Origin: Candidatus Hodarchaeota archaeon
GTDB lineage: Archaea > Asgardarchaeota > Heimdallarchaeia > Hodarchaeales > Hodarchaeaceae
Length of the DNA: 64,000 nucleotides
Direction of reading: 5' to 3'
NCBI GenBank assembly: GCA_016840035.1
Contig: JAEOTC010000077.1
Coordinates: 1-64,000, forward strand
The translations under genes and the position numbers were made by a program. Below the pieces are notes generated by a model that had not been told where the DNA came from, did not search any database, and saw only the letters and a program-made list of their open reading frames with translations. Shown in pieces: positions 1 to 10,300 of this stretch. Every line of letters begins with the position of its first letter. Position 1 is the stretch's first letter.

Positions 1-1
1 C

Positions 2-109
2 TTTACGACCTTGACAAGCTTCATACGAGATAATATGAGGCTCATGATTGTTGTCTTAGCCATTCCTGTTGTAGTCCTTGTGATTCGAGAACGTCGGAGA
101 AGAATTTAA
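2..109 (+). CDS. 3' end of a gene truncated by the window edge; C-terminal membrane anchor
   Basis: Open frame from position 2 reads FTTLTSFIRDNMRLMIVVLAIPVVVLVIRERRRRI*, a hydrophobic helix plus basic tail; followed by a pyrimidine-tract terminator. Confidence 0.7.
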   Translation, partial: FTTLTSFIRDNMRLMIVVLAIPVVVLVIRERRRRI

Positions 110-150
110 TTCTTTCTTCTTCTTCCCCCTCCTTTTTTTACATCTTTTTG
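110..150 (+). terminator. Archaeal pyrimidine-rich terminator (C5 run followed by T tract)
   Basis: tctttcttcttcttccccctccttttttta directly after the stop at 109. Confidence 0.55.
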
Positions 151-251
151 AAAAACAATTATTTCATATATTGACTGTGAACCCTTTTAATCCAATATCC
201 CTTATGAAAAAGCGTTATTTTTTAAAGGATCATTCTTATGAGGAATTTACT

Positions 252-1133
252 ATGCCTAAGTTACACGATAAAGATGTAACGGAGATTTTTAAGGCATTAT
301 CACATCCCATTCGACAACAAATCATTTTGATTCTAGCAAACTCACATGAAAATCGGGGTATCGGTTTCACTGCTCTTCAAAGCTCATTAAATTCTAGAAA
401 AGCTGCAAAACCAATTCAGGTCGGATCAATCTATCATCATATAGGTTTATTAGGGACACTTCTGAAACAGACTCCCGAAAAATCGTGGATTCTTTCCGAA
501 AGTGGTTGGTTTGCGTATAATTTATTAGATTCAGCACAAGATACAAATGAATTTTTGGGGAAAGGAGACTTGAAGAAATCTACATCTTTAGCGTATATTT
601 GGAATATTCTCGCTCCTTCCTCACTCTTTTTCTTTGTTAAGAAGTCGTATATGATGTTCATTGGGTGGCTAGTTCTATTTTTCCTAATATTCGCAGGTTT
701 AACGGCGGAAGCGGAGTCGATATTAGTTTTCCTTTTCTTTAATGCTGTTAACACTGATCACGACTTCCTCCTAAGCTTACTCTCCATTCTTATATCATGG
801 TTTGTACTCTCTGGAGTAACATTCATTATTACCAAAATCCAGCTAAGAGACAAACCTGTGTTAATAAAAGATATTCTCCCTTTATCAACCCTTTTAGGTA
901 TATCACTATCCCCTCTGACCATCATCCCTGTGTTAGGAATAGTTAATGCAATCAATTTACAGACTGAGAACTTGATTTCATTATCTAGCGCAATAATACT
1001 CCAGTTATGGGTAATAATTTTATCTGCAAGAGCGATTTCAGTATATTATATTATACGTCTTGATCGAGCTGCAATTATCAGCATTGTTTCAGTCTATATT
1101 ATGGTACTCTTAGGATTATTACTAGAATTTTGA
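252..1133 (+). CDS. ArsR-type winged-HTH fused to a Yip1-like multi-pass membrane domain
   Basis: N-terminal IFKALSHPIRQQII...GSIYHHIGLL is an ArsR HTH; C-terminal ~5 TM helices with a Yip1-like pattern (ILISWFVLS...LWVIILSARAI...RAAIISIV). ATG 252 preferred to TTG 171. Confidence 0.7.
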   Translation: MPKLHDKDVTEIFKALSHPIRQQIILILANSHENRGIGFTALQSSLNSRKAAKPIQVGSIYHHIGLLGTLLKQTPEKSWILSESGWFAYNLLDSAQDTNEFLGKGDLKKSTSLAYIWNILAPSSLFFFVKKSYMMFIGWLVLFFLIFAGLTAEAESILVFLFFNAVNTDHDFLLSLLSILISWFVLSGVTFIITKIQLRDKPVLIKDILPLSTLLGISLSPLTIIPVLGIVNAINLQTENLISLSSAIILQLWVIILSARAISVYYIIRLDRAAIISIVSVYIMVLLGLLLEF

Positions 1134-1142
1134 GGTTTAACA

Positions 1143-2003
1143 ATGAAAATACACCTGGACTGTATTCCATGTCTTCAGAAACAGGTCTTACAAGCTGCAC
1201 GTCTAGCAACTGAAGATTCGACAATACAAAAACAGATTCTACAGGAAGCCATGAAGACAATACTTAATTCCGACTGGGAAACAAGGACTATACTCCTCGC
1301 ATACGAAACTCAGGCTATTGTGAGTCGATTAACTGGTAAAGACGATCCGTATACCGAGGTTAAAAAGAAATACAATCGAATTGTACTCAATTTATACCCC
1401 GAACTGGAAGAGAAAGTTAAGAATGCAAATGATCCCCTGTTAATGGCGTGTAAACTGGCCATCGCAGGTAATATCATTGATTTTGGAGCGCTTAAACCAT
1501 TCAATGTGAACAAGGCAATTAATAAAGCAGTAAATTCATTGTTAACTGTAAATCATGTAAAACAATTGCATCTGCAATTAACAACTGCAAACTCTCTCAT
1601 TTACATTGCGGATAATACTGGGGAAATTGTATTTGATAAATTACTTTTAGAGACAATCCTTCAAAGCTATAATGTTAAAAGGATTATTTTTGTAGTCAAA
1701 GAAGAACCAATACTGAACGATGCAATGAGGATTGACGCCGAAGAGGTTGGAATCTCTCAAATCCCTCAAGTTGAACTTTACGAAGTAGGACGAGATCGAC
1801 GAGATCCAAAATTCTTATCATTTCTCAAACAGGCCGACGTGGTCATTAGTAAGGGTCAGGCAAACTTCGAAGACTTGCATGATATCGATTTCATATATTT
1901 CCTATTAATATTAAAGTGTGAGGTAATTGCGAAAGAAACTGGCCTTCCTGAAGGAAGTACACTTTTAAGTAAGGGTTCAAATAAATTTAGTTCTCAAGTA
2001 TGA
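1143..2003 (+). CDS. DUF89/ARMT1-like damage-control metal-dependent phosphatase
   Basis: DCIPC N-terminus, DPY, AIAGNIIDFG, DNTGEIVFD, ILNDA, ISKGQANFE, KCEVIA. Confidence 0.9.
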   Translation: MKIHLDCIPCLQKQVLQAARLATEDSTIQKQILQEAMKTILNSDWETRTILLAYETQAIVSRLTGKDDPYTEVKKKYNRIVLNLYPELEEKVKNANDPLLMACKLAIAGNIIDFGALKPFNVNKAINKAVNSLLTVNHVKQLHLQLTTANSLIYIADNTGEIVFDKLLLETILQSYNVKRIIFVVKEEPILNDAMRIDAEEVGISQIPQVELYEVGRDRRDPKFLSFLKQADVVISKGQANFEDLHDIDFIYFLLILKCEVIAKETGLPEGSTLLSKGSNKFSSQV

Positions 2004-2063
2004 CTGTAATTCATGTTAGATAAAGAAAACCAGAACTACTCTGAGTATCTTCGCAGTAGGGCG

Positions 2064-2975
2064 TTAAAGATCATTTTTTGATGGTTGAGATTGCATTAAC
2101 GGTTGATAAGCCTTTGTTTTCTTAATCTCTGTAATCAACCCTTGTAGGAGTAAATCACACCCCAACCCTGTAGAGGACTCTGTTTCATATATTAAGCGAA
2201 TAGGTACAAGGAATTTTCTTGAGAGATACCTTCTTATATTCTTTATAGATCCAACATCCTTTTTATTGGCTGCAATCACATAGGGGAGATCCCAAAAATT
2301 TCGTATTTCCTCTAATAATTCTTTTGAATTACTAATTGCCCTACTATCCGATACATCTACAAAGAAGATGTACCCATCTGATTCTGTTGAAAACTTCCAC
2401 CAATGTTGCTGAAATGCCATACCCAAATCATAAAATCTCAAGTGTGGGCTTTGCGTGGAGTTTTCTTGAGTTACAATATTTACGAGCTTTGTGGGTTCAT
2501 AGGAATTAAAACCCGCTAATTGTTGTTCTGTAATATATTGCTGTACGAATGTAGTTTTCCCTGAACGGGCTAAACCCAATAATGAGATTCTGAGTGTAAT
2601 CGAAGAATCGACCATTCTCACGATAGTGTCACAAATATCTTGAAAATCTTTTTGAAAGGTAGCTTGTTGGTTTTCAAAAATTTCAGATTTGTAGGATTTC
2701 CCCAATGCCTTGAGAAACGCTTTAAGCTTTGAAAATGAAGTATTCATACTAGCTATTGCAACTAAGAGTATTTTTTGAGCCTTTAAATAAGAAAAGGCTA
2801 GTAATCTTTCTCCAAAAACCCATCCCTGAATAGGGTACCCACTATAATTCTGATCGAGTAATCGACGGATGGCTGGTAAATGAGAAGAAAGATGATAATC
2901 ATCTGGACTGACAGAAATTGTTGAGATTATTTCCCGATCATCATCATCAAACACCTTTACAGCAAGTAATGTCAT
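2064..2975 (-). CDS. Longin-like domain fused to an Arf/Rag-like small GTPase
   Basis: G1 GLARSGKTT, G2 YEPT, G3-like YDLG, IFFVDVSD, G4 NKKD, G5-like ESSTG; N-terminal ~120 aa with a longin-type pattern. ATG 2975 is preceded by an AGGTG SD (track start 3017). Confidence 0.8.
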   Translation of the reverse strand: MTLLAVKVFDDDDREIISTISVSPDDYHLSSHLPAIRRLLDQNYSGYPIQGWVFGERLLAFSYLKAQKILLVAIASMNTSFSKLKAFLKALGKSYKSEIFENQQATFQKDFQDICDTIVRMVDSSITLRISLLGLARSGKTTFVQQYITEQQLAGFNSYEPTKLVNIVTQENSTQSPHLRFYDLGMAFQQHWWKFSTESDGYIFFVDVSDSRAISNSKELLEEIRNFWDLPYVIAANKKDVGSIKNIRRYLSRKFLVPIRLIYETESSTGLGCDLLLQGLITEIKKTKAYQPLMQSQPSKNDL

Positions 2976-3179
2976 CCAATTGACACCTAGAGAAAATATC
3001 CCACTTATTGTTCCCATAAGGGAAGTTCTACAAGAGAATAATACGTAAAATTAATAATAAATAATTCTCGACAAAATATCCGCACAATTTATATTTTCCA
3101 CCTCAGTAATTTGCTTAAATTCTACTTGGTAAAGATTCTCACCGTTTTAACATCCAAAAGTAAATGGACGATATTAGAA

Positions 3180-3836
3180 ATGGTTTCTGAGAAGAATAAG
3201 TATTCGATTTGGGTTGCAAGACTTAGTTTCTCTTTTTTGGGGTGGTTTACAATAATTATGAGTCATTACTTACAAATAGCCGACTCTGGTTCGATTTCCA
3301 TTTCTTCAGGTGTAAAAGTACTTAGTTCCTACAGATATTTCACAATGCAGACAAATTTATTTGTTTTAATTTGGTGGAGTCTGGCATTAATCTATTTTAA
3401 CAATTCTACAGTTATGACCAGGCTACATGGGCCAGTAAAAGGTGCAATTACCATATATATTTCTGTAACATTCATAGTATTCGCAACGGTGCTTAGTCCG
3501 ATCTATCATCCTACAGGATTCGATGCTTTTTCAAATATTGTACTTCACTATCTGGTCCCAGTATTCTTTATTCTCGATTGGTTTGTAACTGAAAGGGTAG
3601 ATTATCAACTAAAATCCCTTCCAGTCTGGTTACTGTACCCAATTCTGTACTTAGGATTTTCTCAAGTACATGGAGTTCTAACAACGAGTTATCTATATCC
3701 ATTTCTAAATAGTAAGGATTTAGGACTTGTAAGGTTTTTCGTGAGTATATCAATCCTGCTAGTACTCTTTATAGTATTATGTGTGATCTGTTTGGGGATA
3801 GCTAAGATCGTAAAAATTGAAGATAAGACATTCTGA
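3180..3836 (+). CDS. Pr6Pr / FAR-17a-AIG1-like membrane protein
   Basis: YFTMQTN, LHYLVP..F.LDW and YLYPFL motifs; 6 TM helices; ATG 3180 preferred (track start 3111). Confidence 0.8.
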   Translation: MVSEKNKYSIWVARLSFSFLGWFTIIMSHYLQIADSGSISISSGVKVLSSYRYFTMQTNLFVLIWWSLALIYFNNSTVMTRLHGPVKGAITIYISVTFIVFATVLSPIYHPTGFDAFSNIVLHYLVPVFFILDWFVTERVDYQLKSLPVWLLYPILYLGFSQVHGVLTTSYLYPFLNSKDLGLVRFFVSISILLVLFIVLCVICLGIAKIVKIEDKTF

Positions 3837-3890
3837 AATTAAGTAAGGATTAAGACAGGGAATAAAAAGAAAAAAGATGAATGGAGAAAA

Positions 3891-5162
3891 TTAAGACATT
3901 TTCACCATTGTATTAATTGTACGGGAGCCAATTAAGAACTGTACGTTTCTGGTTCCACCAACTACTTCAGAAATTTCTGAAAGACCCTGATGATGGGGCA
4001 TTTTGGTTTGATCTGTAACGCCCGTACCGCCCATAGCATGCATTAACTCATAACATAACTCATGGTTCAAAAATGAGCAGTATTCTTTCATATGGGAAGC
4101 TGTAGCAACTAATGGATTCATTGTAGGGGGAATGTCTGCAAGTTCATCCTTTTTCGCGTCATAGGTTTCCGCTAGCTTTAGGAGTGCCATTGTTGCAGTA
4201 GTTAATCGTGCGTGATATTTGGCCATAACTGCCATTCCAACAGCTTGGTGTCTTAGAATTTTCTCACCAAATTGTTTTCGGACAGTAGTGTAGATCGATG
4301 CTAAGGTGAATGCACCCCACATGTTACCTACACACTCAGCAGCAATTCCAATTCGTTCTGGTACTAGCCCTTCAAAGAGGATTTCGTACCCAGCACCATT
4401 ATCTCCTGTGATGTAATCAGTTGGGATGTGTGAATCTGTAAAAATTGTTTTTCCAATATGAAGTTTGTTAACTGATGGAATTCCAATTCGTTCTGCTTTA
4501 AAGCCAGAAGACCAATCCTTATGGGAAACTCCTTGAACCATGGTTCCACGAGGATCTTCTGGATTGTACACCGCATATACAACACATAAATCTGCTTTTG
4601 GACTATTTGTGGTGTAGCACTTCTCACCGTTTAGTACAATACCATCATCAACTTTTTCTGCTTTTACCTTCATATTGACTGCGTCAGAGCCTTGCAGAGG
4701 TTCAGTGATTCCAATACATCCGATCTTTGTACCGTCTAGTAATCCCTTTAGGTCATTTACTAGAGATTCTTTGCCTTCATTATGATGGGCAATTGGATTA
4801 ACAGCAAGAACAGAGGCACCCAAAGCCATACTCAATTGAGGATTAAAAATATCCAAGGTCCATTGCCTAAGAATTTCTGGTTTCAACCCGATTTCAAGAT
4901 CATCCCGGTGAGGATATTCATTCGACCTATTGATAAGCCCATGACTACCAGCCCAAGGAAATAAATCATAAACATCCATCTTATTATGCCCTGGAACTCC
5001 TCCAAGTGCTTCATCTTTTTCTAAACAGATACCCTGAATCTTCTCAACGAATGCTTTGTCCTCATCCGATAAAAGCATCATCATATTGTTGTTAAATATG
5101 CCATATTGCTTGTTCAAGTTCATTTCTGACAAGACGGCATCTTCTAGTAATTGTGTTTTCAT
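3891..5162 (-). CDS. Acyl-CoA dehydrogenase family protein
   Basis: GITEPLQGSDA, LNGEKCYTTN, ERIG, RKQFG, HAMGGTG, GGT..Q. Confidence 0.9.
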   Translation of the reverse strand: MKTQLLEDAVLSEMNLNKQYGIFNNNMMMLLSDEDKAFVEKIQGICLEKDEALGGVPGHNKMDVYDLFPWAGSHGLINRSNEYPHRDDLEIGLKPEILRQWTLDIFNPQLSMALGASVLAVNPIAHHNEGKESLVNDLKGLLDGTKIGCIGITEPLQGSDAVNMKVKAEKVDDGIVLNGEKCYTTNSPKADLCVVYAVYNPEDPRGTMVQGVSHKDWSSGFKAERIGIPSVNKLHIGKTIFTDSHIPTDYITGDNGAGYEILFEGLVPERIGIAAECVGNMWGAFTLASIYTTVRKQFGEKILRHQAVGMAVMAKYHARLTTATMALLKLAETYDAKKDELADIPPTMNPLVATASHMKEYCSFLNHELCYELMHAMGGTGVTDQTKMPHHQGLSEISEVVGGTRNVQFLIGSRTINTMVKMS

Positions 5163-5484
5163 AACTCTTCACTTTCTACTCAAATGTATCTTATAGCAAT
5201 CGAAGCATTTTCAGCTATTGCTATCTGATAATTAAGATTCTTAGAGTCAAAAACCAGTATAAAAGAATTAAGTCCGATATTTTAATTACAAATCATCACT
5301 GAAATTAACGATTGTAACTTTATCTGAGTTTTTCTCTCTTAACTGTTCTCTTCAAAGTTAAATGAATCTTTCCTTCTGAATCATTTAACGTAAATCTTTG
5401 TTCTTCACAGGCAAAGGATAATTAAAATCTTGAAGAATTCTTTCAAACATACTCCTATTCAAGTATAAAAGGATATTAAGAAAA

Positions 5485-7257
5485 ATGACAACAACTTGGG
5501 ATTTAACCTTTTTATATAAGGGATATGACGATCCACAAATAGATTTGGATCTAGAAAAAGCAGATCAAATGGCCGAGGATATTGCTAAGTATCGAGGAAA
5601 GCTTTCAAGCTTATCTTCATCTGAATTTGCTTCCTTTCTTAAGCAGCATGAAGAAATAGGGAATTTCCTAGTTCAATGTGGATCATATGGATCACTACTG
5701 TTTTCACAGGAGACTACAAACGATAATTTTAAAGCTGTTTTTGCAAAAGTCCAACAGAAAAATGTTGCTATTGGAAACAAGCTGATCTGGATAAATCTGG
5801 AAATTAATAAGATGGAACCTGAGGTTTTTTCAAAGTTTCTCAATGATCCTCAACTCAAAAATTATCATCATTATCTTGAAGTTCTTCGTTTACGAGAACC
5901 CTACCAATTAACAGAACCAGTAGAACAGGTACTAAATCAAAAAGCACTCATAGGTTCTAGTGCATGGGTAAAATTCTATGAAGAATTTACTGCTGATTTT
6001 AAATTTGAAGTAGAGATTGATGGAGAAAAGAAAACTCTTTCCCAAGGAGAAATGCGTCCGTTGTTCCGAGACCCTAACTCTACTACCCGTGAAAACGTTT
6101 TCAAGGCTTATTACCAGAAACATGTTGACAATTCTATCGCAATCTCTCATTGTTTCAATAATATCTGGAAAGATCATGGGCAGAATGTGGATCTTCGAAA
6201 ATATCCATCCACAATGACTATTGCGCACATTCGTAACCAAACCGATGAAAAAATCGTCGAAAAGATGATGGATGTTGTCAAAAAGAACTATACGCTTGTA
6301 CAAGAATACTATAAAGCAAAAGCAAAGCTAATGGGACAAGGTACGGCGATTAAAGGCTCAGACCTTTACGCTCCAATTACTAAGGTCACAAAGTATTCTT
6401 GGAAAGAAGCAGAAGAGGCAGTTATGTCAGCATTCAATGAATTCGACCCCGAAATAGGTACGATGGGCCAGAGACTCTTTGATGAGAACTTGATTGATTC
6501 TGAGATCAGGAAAGGTAAAAGAACTGGGGCATTCTGTGCTGGAATAACACCCGCACTTAAACCCGTAATCCACATGTCGTTCGATGGAACTTCCGATGGA
6601 GTAGCCACACTAGCTCATGAAATGGGACACGCCCTCCATGACATGTTTGCCGCTCGTAAGCAAACCCTGTTCAATTATCACCCTCCATTAGTAGTTGCTG
6701 AGACCGCTTCCGTATTTAGCGAACAGATTCTAATCTCCAAACTTCTTAAAACAATGACTGATGAAGAGGGAAAACTTACTCTACTCGTAAACCAACTTGA
6801 AGATGCTATTGGAACCATCTCCCGGCAAACAATGTACATCTATTTTGAAAAGGAATGTCATCTGAAGGGTGCAACAAAAACTCTTTCTTTCCAAGAAATG
6901 AGCGATATCTGGGATAAATACGTTAAAGAAGCTTATGGTGATTCTGTTAACTTTTTACCGGAGCAGAGTGCAAATTGGGCATCTATCCCGCACTTTCTAT
7001 TTATTCGATACTATTGTTATGCTTATTCTTTCGGTATGCTGTTCGTACTTGGCCTATATCAGAAATATCTTGAAGAAGGAAATCCATTCATTCCAAAATT
7101 AAAGAGAATTCTGGAAGCAGGTGGGTCGCAATTTCCGGTCGATCTTGCAGCTTCGGTAGGTCTGGATATTAGAACAGAAGAATTCTGGCAAGCTGGATTT
7201 GATTATTTACACGGATTGTTAGCAGAATTTAAGGAAATTGTAGAAAAACGTTCCTAA
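5485..7257 (+). CDS. pepF: M3B oligoendopeptidase F
   Basis: WDL N-terminus, GKRTGAFC, TLAHEMGHALH (HExxH), AETASVFSE, W.SIPHF, YCYAYSFG. Confidence 0.92.
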   Translation: MTTTWDLTFLYKGYDDPQIDLDLEKADQMAEDIAKYRGKLSSLSSSEFASFLKQHEEIGNFLVQCGSYGSLLFSQETTNDNFKAVFAKVQQKNVAIGNKLIWINLEINKMEPEVFSKFLNDPQLKNYHHYLEVLRLREPYQLTEPVEQVLNQKALIGSSAWVKFYEEFTADFKFEVEIDGEKKTLSQGEMRPLFRDPNSTTRENVFKAYYQKHVDNSIAISHCFNNIWKDHGQNVDLRKYPSTMTIAHIRNQTDEKIVEKMMDVVKKNYTLVQEYYKAKAKLMGQGTAIKGSDLYAPITKVTKYSWKEAEEAVMSAFNEFDPEIGTMGQRLFDENLIDSEIRKGKRTGAFCAGITPALKPVIHMSFDGTSDGVATLAHEMGHALHDMFAARKQTLFNYHPPLVVAETASVFSEQILISKLLKTMTDEEGKLTLLVNQLEDAIGTISRQTMYIYFEKECHLKGATKTLSFQEMSDIWDKYVKEAYGDSVNFLPEQSANWASIPHFLFIRYYCYAYSFGMLFVLGLYQKYLEEGNPFIPKLKRILEAGGSQFPVDLAASVGLDIRTEEFWQAGFDYLHGLLAEFKEIVEKRS

Positions 7258-7282
7258 ATCCCCCTCTTTTTTCTTTATCTCC
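7258..7282 (+). terminator. Pyrimidine-rich terminator
   Basis: atccccctcttttttctttatct immediately after the pepF stop. Confidence 0.5.
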
Positions 7283-7336
7283 GGAAAAAGATCATAGAAG
7301 GGTTTAATCCTCATTTTTTCTGAAACACACTCTCCA

Positions 7337-10300
7337 ATGAATTTATTGCCCTCTATCGTTAACTTTTTGAGGTCAGAAAATTCCAAATCACCTATAGCTA
7401 TATCAGGAATCTCGACAGCCATGCAGAAAACGGATTATGAGAAGGTTTCTTTTGGACGAGTTCCTTTCGTTTGGAAGAAAAAAATCAGTAATCTTGCTAA
7501 AGAAGATCCTGAACAAGCCATAAAAGTATTTTTCAGTAATTTTCAGATGAACAATGAACCTAAACAGATGATTTATGGTTTCGAACAAACACTACCTCAA
7601 AGTATGGTCTATATATTAAATCATTTGGAAGAACTGAATTCAGAGCGATTTGAGTACTTAATAAGCATGTTTAACGATTCTAATTTTCTTGATTCTTTAC
7701 TTTCAGTTGGAAAAACTGAACAAACAAAGTTCCTTGACAGAATGGTTCAAAATTGGGATATTGTGGATAAAAGTATCATCCAAAGGATTTTGAGTCAATT
7801 AAATCCCGAATTGAGTGAAAAAAGTTACAAAGATCTGGTGACAGCAGAGAATAATTCCCTCATTGAGCTACTTTCTTTCTGGGTTAAATGTGATGTCCGA
7901 GTATTATATCTCGTCTTAACTAATTATATCATACAACCTACTGATCTAATCCTTCCTCTGTTACGAAAGACTCCAAAAGAGAGTTTAATCACTGCATGTA
8001 ACGCGCAAAATCTCCCAGGAAAACTATCTCCCAAGAAAATCGAACCATTTTTAAAAATGTTTGACGAAACACAGGAAGAAATCAATTATCTTTTCCCAAA
8101 ATTCAGTTCTTCATCTAGTAAGGCTCAACAGTCTTTTCTCGACTGGCTAATTGCAAAAAAAATTCCCGTAAGAAAGCTACTAGGCACAATCCCTCCTTCT
8201 GATCAAGTAAAAACTAAGGCATTGTTCATATCCTATTTTTCCCTAATATCTAAGGATGAGAAAGCAGAGGAACTTAATATATTAACTAAAATTGTTGATT
8301 TTTCACTATATCAGACTGCAAGTTTTGTACTAGAGTTTCTCGACAAAAAAAAAGATACCGTTGCTTTAGATTATCTCGATTCTCTCCTTATGATCTTTCA
8401 AAAGGATTTAGAGAAGCATTTGGAATTCTTCGCTTCAGCTTTTCAAAAATATTCAATCAATGAGAAGCAACGTCTAATAACCACTTATTTCAAGACAGAA
8501 GAAGAAATTATAGGAAAAATCCTTCTTCCTTCAATAAACACCCTCAAAACCTCACAATGGAAAAAACTTATTGAACAAATTATTCAGCAAAGGTATTACA
8601 TTGACAAAAATCGAGTATTCCTTTTACTGAATAGTTTTAATGCTAAAATAATTAATGCAATGAGTAAATATATTATTAAAACTCAATATTTACCTCAACT
8701 TAGTTTCCTCTACTCAAACTATGAATTTTTCCGTCCTTTACTTACCACATCGGAACCTATTGATACAACAGTATACTCACATTTAGCAGAGTCCATGAAA
8801 ACCCATTTTACAACTCATTTTGACGAAATTATCGTTTATGGGAGTAAAATTACATTCCCAAAGAGTATCATTGCAAGTGGATTTACAGAGAAAGAAGTCT
8901 CGAAATTAGTATCAGGAGTGGGATTCGAGAAAACCCTAATTATAGCTTGGGAAGAAGTATTCTTACTCCGACCTGACGAAAGTTTACCGTTATTTTTGAA
9001 ACAATTCGCAAGTAAAACCAAGAAATCGAAGGATCCAATTGTATCGATTACAAAAAAACTGATAGACATTGAATCGGGGACATTCTGGAAGTATATTTCC
9101 TCTTTGTCAAATAGAAGTTTATCAAAATATCGTGATCTACTGATACATGCATTAGATAAGAGTATACCATTATTAAGTGAAATCCTCATTTCTTTACCAA
9201 GAACACATACCACTTATCTAGGGAAGAGTATAATCCCAGAATTTGAAGCAAAGAGTCAAGAAATGCTCTATGCGATTCTTTCGGTCAATGAGTCTTCATT
9301 TTTGAATCATAAGAGTGTTGACGGCTTCATTCTATCCATATTGAAACAGAATCCAAGAAACCTTATATTTCCAGCCTTAATGCGACTTTCAGCCCTCGAA
9401 TCCGATTCATCATTACTGGAGTTTGTGAAAAAACTATTTTCCAGTATCATTTCAAAATATCCAAGAGTTACAATTGAAATCATTGATGATCATGCACTCT
9501 CATCATTTTCTCCCTCAGTTGCAGTCTATTTCGATTCATTAACTGAGAAAAAACTTAGGATTTTGCTCAAATATATAATTCTACAACTTAAAACTAAATG
9601 TTTAAAGCCTACTCTCATCGATCAATGTCTTTCACAATTTAGACATTCTAATAATAATTATCGATTACTCCAAGAGATTACAACGGCTGATCCCTCAAAA
9701 GAATTTTCAACTGAAGGCCGTTCTTTATTATCATCGGTAACCAAACAGATTGTAGGAACATCTATTGAAAATGATGTCAAAATATTGGCCCTAGTCAAGA
9801 ATTCCCATACATCTATTCGTGAAGAGTTACTAGGAGCGTATTTTGAGAAAATACCACAAAATACATTAGATTATGTTCTTTCTGATCAAACTATCGACAT
9901 TTCAGATGAATTGACTGTTCGAGCATTGACGATTCGATTTGCCAAACGACCCCCACAAGCCCCAGAAGAATTTTATCTTTCTCTATATCAGCAATCAACA
10001 CGAAACGAAATTAAACGTGCTGTGTTACCCCTAGTAGGAGAATATTGTTCATGGACTAATTTACCATTTCTTATGGAGTTACCGGAACGGAATGAATTCA
10101 AACAAGAGTATTCTGCTGCAATCAAGAAATTCATTCAACGATTTGAGATTGAATCTGAAGATACCCTGTTTCGTATCTGGAGTTCAGGTTTGAAAGATAT
10201 TTATGATAAAAGAGGTCAAGCTTCACAGGTTTCTACATCACCTTCAAAACAAAGATCTAGTTATCAATCAAATTGTCCAAAATGCAATAATCCGATTTTA

